The notes under the pieces are model-generated. The model did no database searches, had not been told where the DNA came from, and saw only the letters and a list, made by a program, of their open reading frames with translations. 64,000 nucleotides of DNA from an uncultured delta proteobacterium (lineage in GTDB: Bacteria; Desulfobacterota; Binatia; JACPRU01). The stretch covers positions 160,001-224,000 of the forward strand of contig CAVUWD010000019.1 of NCBI GenBank assembly GCA_963745025.1, read 5' to 3'. Both the position numbers and the translations under genes were made by a program. This document shows, piece after piece, positions 54,259 to 62,649 of the stretch (position 1 is its first letter; each line of letters begins with the position of its first letter).

Positions 54259-54320
54259 GGCTCCCTCCCTGTACCCGTTGGCGCTCAGTGTTCCACACGG
54301 CCCACTCCGCGCGCAAACCC

Positions 54321-54336
54321 AGCAACCGAGATGCCC
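54321..54336 (-). promoter_or_regulatory. Sigma54 (-24/-12) promoter for the pilin gene
   Basis: Minus strand GGGCATCTCGGTTGCT = GG-N10-GC, about 63 nt upstream of the ATG. Confidence 0.6.
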
Positions 54337-54456
54337 ACCGCGAAGCCCACGGTTCCACGGGTGCACGTCACAAGCTCGTTTCGTCTCGAGCCAGGACCTT
54401 GCGACCCGCGAACGATTCTGGTTGTTGTGACGCGACATTCCCCAAGGAGCCGATGA

Positions 54457-54762
54457 ATGGGAACGTTCGTCAAAGTCGCCGAGACCAAGGACCTCGCACC
54501 CGGTGCCGGGAAGACCGTCGAAGTGAACGGGAGGGAAGTAGCGCTCTTCAACGTAGGGGGCTCGTTCTACGCGGTGGACAATACTTGCAAACATCGCGGC
54601 GGCTCTCTCGGCGAAGGCGAGGTCGACGGCGCCGTGGTGACCTGCCCTCTGCACGCCTGGACCTACGATGTGACGACGGGTGAGTGCTTCGACGACCCCG
54701 CCTGCTCGATTGACCGCTTCGCGGTGAAAATCGAGGGCGACGACGTCCTCATCGAGCTGTAA
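54457..54762 (+). CDS. Rieske [2Fe-2S] ferredoxin
   Basis: AAGGAG RBS; CKHRGGSL...CPLHAW.YD..TG. Confidence 0.92.
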   Translation: MGTFVKVAETKDLAPGAGKTVEVNGREVALFNVGGSFYAVDNTCKHRGGSLGEGEVDGAVVTCPLHAWTYDVTTGECFDDPACSIDRFAVKIEGDDVLIEL

Positions 54763-54766
54763 GCCT

Positions 54767-54865
54767 CTGGAACTCTTCGCGACCATGGAGCCCGAAGACC
54801 ACGAGCAGGTGGTCTTCTGCCGCGACCGTTCGACCGGGCTGCGGGCGATCGTAGCCATTCGATGA
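54767..54865 (+). pseudogene. Truncated N-terminus of a Leu/Phe/Val dehydrogenase
   Basis: LELFATMEPEDHEQVVFCRDRSTGLRAIVAIR* matches the LeuDH N-terminus (EQxVFCxDxxxGLxAIIAIH). It stops before the PALGG motif and overlaps the next ATG. Confidence 0.7.
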
Positions 54866-55965
54866 TTCCTCCGAGTCCCTTTGCCGAGCTCGCGCGAGCG
54901 CGCGGAGCCGTATTCCGCGATTACGGGGGTCTCGCGCTCGTCGAGACGTACGGCGATCCGTTGGCGGAATGCACGGCGGTGCGTGCCGGCGCGGGGCTCT
55001 TCGATCTCTCGTTCCGGACGACGCTTCAGTTCACCGGACCAGATCGCACGACGTTTCTCCACAACCTGCTCTCGAACGACATCGCCGCGTTGCGCCCCGG
55101 TACGGGCTGCTATGCGACACTGCTGACGCGCGAGAGCAAGGTGGTGGCCGACGCCAACGTCTTCTGCATGGAAGACAGCATCCGGCTGGACCTGGACCTG
55201 CGAGTGAAAGACCGGGCGCGCGCGCATCTGGAAAAGTTTCTCGTCGCCGACGACGTCGAGATCGAGGACCGAACCGAGTCGGAGACGTCGCTCGGAGTTC
55301 ATGGCCCGCGCTCGAGCGAGATCTTGAGGGCGACGCTCGCCGCCGACGTTCCGGCCGCGGCCCTCCAGCACGTGACGGGAACGATTGCCGGCGCGCCCGT
55401 GCTCGTGGCGCGCGTCGAGTGGACGGGCGATCCGGGGTTCGACGTGACGGTCGCGCGCGCGGAGGGTCCGGCGGTGTGGCTGGCGCTGCTCGCCGCGGGG
55501 GCTCCGCTCGGGCTTCGGCCGGCGGGGATGGCCGCCGCCGAGATCTTGCGTCTCGAGGCCGGCATTCCCTACGTCGACGTCGACTTCGACGAGAGCCACC
55601 TGGTGCTCGAGGCCGGGCTCGAGCGTGGGATCAACTTTCAAAAGGGATGCTATCTCGGGCAGGAGATCGTCGAGCGCGCTTCGGCTCGGGGCCACGTGAA
55701 CAAGCGGCTCGTCGGCCTGCGGATCCACGGGGAGCGGACGCCCGCTCGAGGCGCTCGGATCCTAAAGGACGGAAGCGAGACCGGCCGGGTCACGAGCGCG
55801 GTCTTCTCTCCAAGCCTGCGGGCGCCGATCGCGCTTGGTTACGTGCGGCGCGACGCGATCGCCCCAGGTAGCCGGATCGACGTCGAGATCTCCGGCACGA
55901 CGGCGGTTGCGGAGGTGGTTGCCTTGCCGTTCTACCGCGGCGAAGGCAGAAAGAATCGGACATGA
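54862..55965 (+). CDS. ygfZ: YgfZ/GcvT-family folate-binding protein
   Basis: GLFDLS, GPDR..FLHNLLSND, RLEAGIP, FQKGCYLGQE.V.R..RGHVNKRL. Confidence 0.88.
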   Translation: MIPPSPFAELARARGAVFRDYGGLALVETYGDPLAECTAVRAGAGLFDLSFRTTLQFTGPDRTTFLHNLLSNDIAALRPGTGCYATLLTRESKVVADANVFCMEDSIRLDLDLRVKDRARAHLEKFLVADDVEIEDRTESETSLGVHGPRSSEILRATLAADVPAAALQHVTGTIAGAPVLVARVEWTGDPGFDVTVARAEGPAVWLALLAAGAPLGLRPAGMAAAEILRLEAGIPYVDVDFDESHLVLEAGLERGINFQKGCYLGQEIVERASARGHVNKRLVGLRIHGERTPARGARILKDGSETGRVTSAVFSPSLRAPIALGYVRRDAIAPGSRIDVEISGTTAVAEVVALPFYRGEGRKNRT

Positions 55966-55989
55966 TGTGAGAAATCAGGAGGAAGCCAG

Positions 55990-56130
55990 ATGCCTCAACT
56001 CGGAAAACGGTATGTCTGCGAGAGCTGCGGGACCGAGATTCTCTGCAACAAGCCGGGGACGGGAGCGACGTCCTGCTGCGAGCAGGACATGAAGCTCAAG
56101 GAAGCCAAGCCGCTACCCTCCTCGGATTGA
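55990..56130 (+). CDS. 46-aa desulforedoxin-motif protein with KPLPSSD tail (not in the ORF track)
   Basis: AGGAGG RBS; MPQLGKRYVCESCGTEILCNKPGTGATSCCEQDMKLKEAKPLPSSD; its stop overlaps the TTG of the next gene. Confidence 0.85.
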   Translation: MPQLGKRYVCESCGTEILCNKPGTGATSCCEQDMKLKEAKPLPSSD

Positions 56131-57593
56131 CCGTCAGGCCCTTGAGGGCCGATCTCATTCTCCTCGGCCACGTGTGGACCGGGGACCGAGAGCGCCCGCA
56201 CGCCCGGGCGGTCGCGGTGCTCGGCGCCCGGATCGCCGCCGTCGGCGACGAGGGGGAGATCCTCCGCCTGCGCGGCGCCGCCACGGAGGTGCTCGGCGGC
56301 CGCGACGCCACGATCCTCCCGGGATTCGTCGACGCGCATCTCCATCTCCTCGCCCTCGCGCGGCGCGCCGAGGAGGTCGACTGCTCGAGGGAGAGCGTGC
56401 GCTCGGTGGCGGAGCTCGTCGCGAAGATCCGCGCGGCCGCTGCGTCGCGACCTCCCGGGAGCTGGATCCGCGCGTTCGGTTACGACGAGTTCTTTCTCGA
56501 GGAGAAGCGTCCACCCCGCGTGGCCGATCTCGACGCGGCGGCCCCCGCCCATGCGGTTCGCTTGTTGCACCGCACGGGACACGCCGCCGTGCTCAACACG
56601 GTGGCGTGTCAGAGGCTCGGCATGGCGCCCTGCGAGGTGATCTACGAGCCGGCGGGTCTGTTGCGCGGCCGGATTCCCGCCCCGTCCGCCGCCGAAGCGA
56701 AGAGGCTCGTCGCGGCCGCTTCCGATCGACTGCTCGCCTCGGGCATCACGATGTTCCACGACCCGTCGCCCGGCCAGAGCGCGGCCGACATCGAGCATTT
56801 GCGAGCGTGGGTCGAGGAGGGGACGATCCGCCAGCGGGTGATTGCGCTCGGCGCCAGCACGGGCTTCGAGCCGGGCGACCGAGCCAGTCGATGGTTTCGC
56901 CACGCGGGTGTGAAGATCATGATCGGTGAAGCCGGCGACGCCGACGAGATCGCCGCGCAAGTTGCCGCGGCGGATCGTCGTGGGGCGCAAGTCGCGCTGC
57001 ACGCCGTCGAGGGGGCCGCGCTCGTGGTGGCGATCGAGGCGCTACGCCGGCTCGGTCCGGCCCGCACGCGGGCGCGGCGCCATCGCATCGAGCATGCCGC
57101 GCTTTGTCCGCCGCCGCTCTGCGAGGCGATCGCCGAAAGCGGCGCCGCTGTCGTCACCCACCCGGGCTTCCTTCGCCGCTTTGGGGAGAAATATCGAAGC
57201 GAGCTTCGTCGCGAAGAGGAGGATTGGCTCTATCCCTTACGACGCTTTCTCGATTCTGGAGTTCCGCTCGCGTTCGGGTCCGATGCACCGATTGCCCCGC
57301 CTTCGCCTCTGGACAACGTCAGCGCCGCGCTCTTGCGAGAGAGCGAAGGGGGAGCGCGGCTCGGGCCCTCGCAACGGATTCTCGCGGCCGAAGCGCTGGC
57401 GCTGCACACGCAGGGCGGCGCGTGGGTGGGCGGGCTCGACTCGATCTGCGGGTCGCTGGCGCCGGGCCGGCTCGCCGATCTCGTCGTGGTCGATCGTGAT
57501 CCGCTCGAGGTCCCGCCCGCGGAGATCGCCGCCATCCGGGTCCGGGCGACGGTGATCGAAGGGCGCGTCGTTTGGAGACGTGGCGACGTATGA
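56127..57593 (+). CDS. YtcJ-like metal-dependent amidohydrolase (Amidohydro_3)
   Basis: PGFVDAHLH, H..VLN, ALHAVEG, HRIEHA, FGSDAP, G.LADLVV. Confidence 0.88.
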   Translation: MTVRPLRADLILLGHVWTGDRERPHARAVAVLGARIAAVGDEGEILRLRGAATEVLGGRDATILPGFVDAHLHLLALARRAEEVDCSRESVRSVAELVAKIRAAAASRPPGSWIRAFGYDEFFLEEKRPPRVADLDAAAPAHAVRLLHRTGHAAVLNTVACQRLGMAPCEVIYEPAGLLRGRIPAPSAAEAKRLVAAASDRLLASGITMFHDPSPGQSAADIEHLRAWVEEGTIRQRVIALGASTGFEPGDRASRWFRHAGVKIMIGEAGDADEIAAQVAAADRRGAQVALHAVEGAALVVAIEALRRLGPARTRARRHRIEHAALCPPPLCEAIAESGAAVVTHPGFLRRFGEKYRSELRREEEDWLYPLRRFLDSGVPLAFGSDAPIAPPSPLDNVSAALLRESEGGARLGPSQRILAAEALALHTQGGAWVGGLDSICGSLAPGRLADLVVVDRDPLEVPPAEIAAIRVRATVIEGRVVWRRGDV

Positions 57594-58306
57594 GTGCATT
57601 TCGCACGATCCTCTTCGAACGCCGCGGGCAGGTGGCGTGGGTCACCCTCAACCGTCCCGACGTGCGCAACGCCTACAACACCGAGATGCGCGACGACCTC
57701 CACGCCGCGCTCTCGACCGTTCGAGACGACGAGTCGCTGCGTGCGCTCGTCCTCCGCGGCGCCGGTCCCGCGTTCTGCTCCGGCGGGGACATCCGCGAGT
57801 TCGGATCGGCTCCGTCGCCGGTCGTCGCTCGCGAGGTGCGCTGGCGGCGAGACGTATGGGGGCTCCTCCGCTCGCTGCGCCAGCCGACGATCGCGGCGAT
57901 TCACGGTCACGCCGCCGGCAGCGGCCTCGAGATGGCGCTGCTCTGCGACTTCCGTATCGCCGCAACCGATGCGATTCTTTCGCTGCCCGAGACCGGTCTC
58001 GGCATGATCCCCGGCGTCGTCGGCACGCAGACCGCCCCGCGGGCGATCGGCGTCGGGCGGACGCTCGACCTGGTATTGACCGGCCGGCAGATTGACGCTC
58101 GCGAGGCTCGCCGTGTAGGAGTCGTGGGCTCGGTGGTGTCGTCGGCGCGCCTAGCGGACGAGGCGAACCGGCTGGCGCGCCGGTTGGTGAAGCTCGACGG
58201 AGAGTTGATTTCCCGAGTGAAGAATCTCGTCGTTCGCGGCCTCGATCTACCGCTCACACTGGCGCTTGCTCGAGAGCGTCTCGTCGCAGGGAGAACGAAT
58301 CCATGA
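57590..58306 (+). CDS. Enoyl-CoA hydratase/isomerase (crotonase) family protein
   Basis: LNRP..RNA, AFCSGGD, G.GLEMAL.CD.R, LPETGLG.IPG. Confidence 0.88.
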   Translation: MSAFRTILFERRGQVAWVTLNRPDVRNAYNTEMRDDLHAALSTVRDDESLRALVLRGAGPAFCSGGDIREFGSAPSPVVAREVRWRRDVWGLLRSLRQPTIAAIHGHAAGSGLEMALLCDFRIAATDAILSLPETGLGMIPGVVGTQTAPRAIGVGRTLDLVLTGRQIDAREARRVGVVGSVVSSARLADEANRLARRLVKLDGELISRVKNLVVRGLDLPLTLALARERLVAGRTNP

Positions 58307-59853
58307 ATACCGCAAGCTTTCTCAGCATCCCGGCTTCGATGTTCGGCGACCAGGAGATCCTGGTGTTCGGCCCGCACCGGCGCTGTTACGGAGAGTTGCT
58401 CTCGCGCGTGCGCCGGCTCGCCGCCTCGATGCGGCAGGCGGGCATCGGCAAGGGGGACGTGGTCGCCGCGCTGCAGACGAACTCCGACACGTACCTCGAG
58501 ACGTATTACGCGAGCGCGACCCTGGGCGCCGTCTTCGTTCCGCTCAACTACCGAGCGAAGCCGCCGGAACTCGAATACGCGATCGCGACGGCGAAGACGA
58601 AGATGATCTTCGTCGGTGACCGCTACGCCGACCTGTTCGAAGCGCTTCGGCCGAAGCTGCCGTCGATCGCCTCCATCGTGACATACGAGAGCGGGGATTC
58701 GGGCTGGCTACGCTACGAAGAGCTCCTCGAGAACCAGGAAGAAGTCGAGGATACCGACGTCGAGGAGAGCGACGTCTCGATCCTCATGTACACGAGCGGG
58801 ACGACCAGTCTGCCGAAAGGCGTGCTCCTCACCCACGGCGATTTCACCGCGTACGTCACCAACACCATCGAGCTCGCCGACGGCTCCGACCGGGGCACCG
58901 CGCTCGTTTCCGTGCCATTTTACCACATCGCCGGCACCACGCAGATGATGACCACGATGTGGTCGGGGCGCCGACTGGTGATTCGTCCGCAGTTCCAAGC
59001 GACGGAGTGGCTGGAGACGGTTCAGCGCGAGTCTGTCACGCACGCGATCGTCGTGCCGACGATGCTCAAGCAGATCGTCGACCATCCCGACCTCGAGAAG
59101 TACAATCTGTCGACGCTCACGAATCTCTCGTACGGCGGCGCGCAGATGCCGTTGCCCGTGATTCGCCGCGCGATCGAGCGGCTGCCGAAGACGATCGGCT
59201 TCGTCAACGCCTACGGTCAGACCGAGACCACTTCGACGCTGACGATCCTCGGTCCCGACGATCATCGGCTGGAGGGTTCGCGCGAAGAGGTCGAAAAGAA
59301 GGTGCGCCGCCTGGCCTCGATCGGCAAGCCGCTGCCCGACGTCGAGGTCCGGGTCGTGGACGACGCCGGCAACCCGTTGCCGGCGGGCGAGGTCGGCGAG
59401 ATCGTGGTTCGTACGCCGCGCATGATGAAGGGCTATGCGACCGAGAGCGGCGCCGCGATGAGCCTGCTCGAGGGCGGATGGCTCCGCACCCGCGACATGG
59501 GCTGGGTCGACGAGGACGGCTACATCTATCTCGCGGGCCGCAAGGACGACATGATCATCCGCGGCGGCGAGAACATCGCGCCCGCCGAGGTCGAAGCCGT
59601 GTTGCAGAGTCATCCGGGCGTCGACGACGTCGCGGTGTTCGGCGTGCCGAGCGACGAGTGGGGGCAGATCGTCGCCGCCGCGGTCGTACTCCGGAGCGAA
59701 GGATCTCTCTCGGCGCAGGACCTCGCCGAGTTCTGCAAGCAACGGCTGGCGAGCTTCAAGAAGCCCGAGAAGATCTTGTTCATGCCGGAGCTGCCGCGCA
59801 ATCCGCTCGGCAAGGTGCTCAAGAAAGATCTGAAGCAGCAATTCGGAGACTGA
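58303..59853 (+). CDS. Acyl-CoA synthetase / AMP-dependent ligase (FadD-like)
   Basis: YTSGTTSLPKG, NAYGQTE, WLRTRDMG, GRKDDMIIRGGENI, LPRNPLGKVLK. Confidence 0.93.
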   Translation: MNTASFLSIPASMFGDQEILVFGPHRRCYGELLSRVRRLAASMRQAGIGKGDVVAALQTNSDTYLETYYASATLGAVFVPLNYRAKPPELEYAIATAKTKMIFVGDRYADLFEALRPKLPSIASIVTYESGDSGWLRYEELLENQEEVEDTDVEESDVSILMYTSGTTSLPKGVLLTHGDFTAYVTNTIELADGSDRGTALVSVPFYHIAGTTQMMTTMWSGRRLVIRPQFQATEWLETVQRESVTHAIVVPTMLKQIVDHPDLEKYNLSTLTNLSYGGAQMPLPVIRRAIERLPKTIGFVNAYGQTETTSTLTILGPDDHRLEGSREEVEKKVRRLASIGKPLPDVEVRVVDDAGNPLPAGEVGEIVVRTPRMMKGYATESGAAMSLLEGGWLRTRDMGWVDEDGYIYLAGRKDDMIIRGGENIAPAEVEAVLQSHPGVDDVAVFGVPSDEWGQIVAAAVVLRSEGSLSAQDLAEFCKQRLASFKKPEKILFMPELPRNPLGKVLKKDLKQQFGD

Positions 59854-60605
59854 TGGCGCGACGCAGCCGAGCGGTGACGTTCGACCGGCGAGGGCATCTC
59901 GCCGAGCTGGTCCTGGACCTCCGCGAGAGCGGGGGCCGCTTCACGCCCGAGTCCGCCGTGGCGTTCTCGGAGGCCTGCACTCGATGCGACGACGAAGAGG
60001 TCTGGGTGGTGCTGTTGCGTTCGGCGGCTCCCGACCTCTGCATCGGCCTCGAGGGCCGGTTCTCCGATTGGCCGCGGGTCTCGGGCACCGACTTCGTGAC
60101 CTCGCTGGCGTCGATCCGCCAGCCGGTTGTGCTTGCCGTGCGGCGTCGCGCCGAGGCCGAAGGCTTCGAGTTCGCGCTGGCCGCCGATCTCCGCGTCGTC
60201 GAGCCGCGGACCCGGTTCTTGATGCCGCAGGTGGCGGCCGGGACCCTGCCGGGCTTCGGCGGCACCCAGCGCCTGCCCCGACTCGTCGGGGTCGAGCGAA
60301 CGCTGCGCGCGCTGCTACTCGGCGAGCCGATCTCGGGCAGGAAGGCGGTCGAGTGGGGACTCGCGACGCGCCTCGAGGCACGTGCCGATCGCGCGGCGCT
60401 CCGGCTCGCGAAGACGCTTCTCGAGCGTGGTCCACTCTCCCTCCGTTTTGCGAAGGAAGCCGTACGCCGCTCGTTGGATCTCGCTCTTGACGACGGTGCG
60501 CGTTTCGAGCACGACCTCTACGTGTTGCTCGAGACGACGCGCGACCGCGCCGAGGGAGTCGACGCGTTTCTCGGCAAGCGAAAACCGAAATTTCGAGGAC
60601 AATAG
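59853..60605 (+). CDS. Divergent enoyl-CoA hydratase/isomerase family protein
   Basis: GFEFALAADLR, PGFGGTQRLPRLVG, DRAEGVDAFLGKRKPKFRG; TGATG coupling with the upstream gene. Confidence 0.85.
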   Translation: MARRSRAVTFDRRGHLAELVLDLRESGGRFTPESAVAFSEACTRCDDEEVWVVLLRSAAPDLCIGLEGRFSDWPRVSGTDFVTSLASIRQPVVLAVRRRAEAEGFEFALAADLRVVEPRTRFLMPQVAAGTLPGFGGTQRLPRLVGVERTLRALLLGEPISGRKAVEWGLATRLEARADRAALRLAKTLLERGPLSLRFAKEAVRRSLDLALDDGARFEHDLYVLLETTRDRAEGVDAFLGKRKPKFRGQ

Positions 60606-60615
60606 GAGACCGGTG

Positions 60616-60735
60616 ATGCCGAACCAGCTGGGAAAGATGTACGTCTGCGCGAAGTGTGGAGCTCAAGTGATCGTCACCAAGGCGGGCAGCGGCTCGCTCC
60701 AGTGCTGTGGTCAGCCGATGGAGCAAAAGAAGTAG
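60616..60735 (+). CDS. 39-aa desulforedoxin-motif protein
   Basis: AGGAG RBS; MPNQLGKMYVCAKCGAQVIVTKAGSGSLQCCGQPMEQKK (CxxC-x15-CC). Confidence 0.85.
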   Translation: MPNQLGKMYVCAKCGAQVIVTKAGSGSLQCCGQPMEQKK

Positions 60736-61326
60736 ATGGCCCGCCTTCGGCCGCTCGAGGGGCGTGACGCAGGGCTCGTCACGAGGGCCGTTCAGGCTGT
60801 CTTCCGCCTCGCTCTCGGCCGCGAACTCAACCCGTACAAGCTGGAAGCGTATGCGCCGCGCACGGTGCTCGCGTCGTTTCTGTCGAACACCCTGATGACG
60901 ACCGGGCGTTGGGCGCTGGCGGGGGATTTCCGGCAGATGATCCGCGTCCGCGTCGCGGCGCTCAACGGATGCCCGTTCTGAATGGACATCAACGCCGCCG
61001 TGGGCGGCCAGCGCGGGCTGCCTCAGGAGAAGATCGATGCGGCGCTCGGCGTGCGCTCGGCCGACGCGGCCGGCCTTTCGAGCCGCGAGCGACTCGCCCT
61101 CGAATACAGCGATCGGGTGAGCGCCACGCCGGTCGACGTCCCCGACGACTTCTTCGCGCGACTCGCCGCCGAGTTCTCGGAACGAGAGATCGTCGAGCTA
61201 ACCGCTACGATCGCCCACGAGAACTACAATTCCAAGTTCAATCGGCCACTGCGGATCGAAGCGAACAACTTCTGCCAGATCCCTCTGCCGACGCCGGAAG
61301 AGCTGGCGGCAAGGAGAGCCGGATGA
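60736..61326 (+). CDS. AhpD/carboxymuconolactone-decarboxylase-family protein with in-frame UGA (putative selenoprotein, CxxU)
   Basis: ORFs 60736-60981 and 60982-61326 share a frame. The joined product reads ...RVAALNGCPF-U-MDIN...ERLALEY.D...FSEREIVELT..IA.EN..SKFN..L. Confidence 0.85.
60982..61012 (+). promoter_or_regulatory. Putative bacterial SECIS hairpin
   Basis: GCCGCC-GUG-GGCGGC stem-loop starting 12 nt after the UGA, with the apical G(U) 19 nt downstream. Confidence 0.55.
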
Positions 61327-61570
61327 ACGACCGCGAGGCGATCCGCGAGGAACTGGACGAGAGATCCTCGCGACGCACGAGCGCTTCTCGAGAGCATTTC
61401 GACCCGGTTGCCGCTGATGGATCTCGACCAACGCGAGCGATATCTGACGCTGGTTTCCCTGCAGGTCACGAAGATCGAGCGAATCGAAACGCCGCTTCGA
61501 CTGGCGCTTCGCGAAACGGCTGCCGAAGTCCCGCCGATCCTGATGCAGGAGCTTTCCGGCGGCCGAGGAC
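61323..61570 (+). CDS. Small hypothetical protein (probably frameshifted; end uncertain)
   Basis: AGGAG RBS and ATGA overlap; MNDREAIREELDE.. continues in another frame as ..LPLMDLDQRERYLTLVSLQVTKIERIE. Confidence 0.3.
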
Positions 61571-62248
61571 TCAGGCGAGGAGTTCCTCGAGCGCTCGCCA
61601 GTCGACCGCGGCGTAGGAAGGATAGACGCGGTCGGCATCGCGGAGCGCTTCGGCGGGAAACGAGTGCGGCAGCGCCACGACGCGGATCCCGGCGGCTCGG
61701 GCGGCAGTGATCCCTTTCGGAGCGTCCTCGACGGCGAGGCACTGGCGCGCGTCGAGGTCGCGGAGCGCTCCGCGGCGCAGCCGCGCGACGGCCAGGCGGT
61801 AGCCCTCCGGATCGGGCTTCCCCGCCCGCACGTCCTCGGCACTGACGATCAGCGGAAAGAAGCGCTCGAGGCCGGACCGAGCGAGAACCGAAGTGATCTC
61901 GTTCCGAAGCGCGCCGCTGACGATCATGAGCGCCGCGCGCTCGGCCGCGGCGGCGACGAATCCTTCGACGCCGGGACAGAGCGGCACGCCGCGAGCGAGC
62001 CGTACGGCCATCGCGGCGCTCTTCTCTCGGACGAGCCCCGCGACGTCGTCTCGAAGATCGGGGCGTTCGAAGTCTTCGACCATGCGCCTGACGCATTCCC
62101 GATCCGTGAGCGCCAGGTAGCGCTCGTAGTAGATGGGTTCGGCGAGCACGATGCCGCGTCTTGCCAGGACTTCGGCGAAGGCGGCGTAGTGAAGCGGCTC
62201 GCTGAGCGCGATGGTGCCGTCGAAATCGAAGAGAATCGCGCGAAGCAT
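61571..62248 (-). CDS. HAD-family phosphatase (CbbY/beta-PGM-like)
   Basis: FDFDGTIALSEPLH, GKPDPEGY, VEDAP.GI.AA..AG. Confidence 0.9.
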   Translation of the reverse strand: MLRAILFDFDGTIALSEPLHYAAFAEVLARRGIVLAEPIYYERYLALTDRECVRRMVEDFERPDLRDDVAGLVREKSAAMAVRLARGVPLCPGVEGFVAAAAERAALMIVSGALRNEITSVLARSGLERFFPLIVSAEDVRAGKPDPEGYRLAVARLRRGALRDLDARQCLAVEDAPKGITAARAAGIRVVALPHSFPAEALRDADRVYPSYAAVDWRALEELLA

Positions 62249-62304
62249 CGTCTGTTGACTTTCGGACGCCGACTCTGAACTGTCGGCCCGAGGGCGAACC
62301 AGAG

Positions 62305-62649
62305 ATGAACGACGATTGCGTGTTCTGCAAGATCGTCACGGGAGCGATTCCCGCGAAGTTCGTGCACCAGGAGGACGAGCTGGTGGCGATCGAGGACCTC
62401 CATCCTCAGGCGCCCACGCACCTGCTCGTGATCCCCAAACGCCACATCCCCACGGTGCTCGACCTGAAGCCCGAGCACGCGCGGCTGCTCGGGCGGATCT
62501 TCGAGACCGCGAATCGGCTGGCGCTCGATCGCACGCTCGAAGGTGGGTTCCGCGTCGTCGTCAACAATGGACCGGGCGGCGGTCAAACCGTCTATCACCT
62601 CCACTTCCATCTACTCGGTGGCCGACCAATGCGGTGGCCGCCGGGGTGA
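62305..62649 (+). CDS. hinT: Histidine triad nucleotide-binding protein (HinT)
   Basis: DCVFCKI, PQAP.H.LVIPKRH, GQTVYHLHFHLLGGR...WPPG. Confidence 0.92.
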   Translation: MNDDCVFCKIVTGAIPAKFVHQEDELVAIEDLHPQAPTHLLVIPKRHIPTVLDLKPEHARLLGRIFETANRLALDRTLEGGFRVVVNNGPGGGQTVYHLHFHLLGGRPMRWPPG

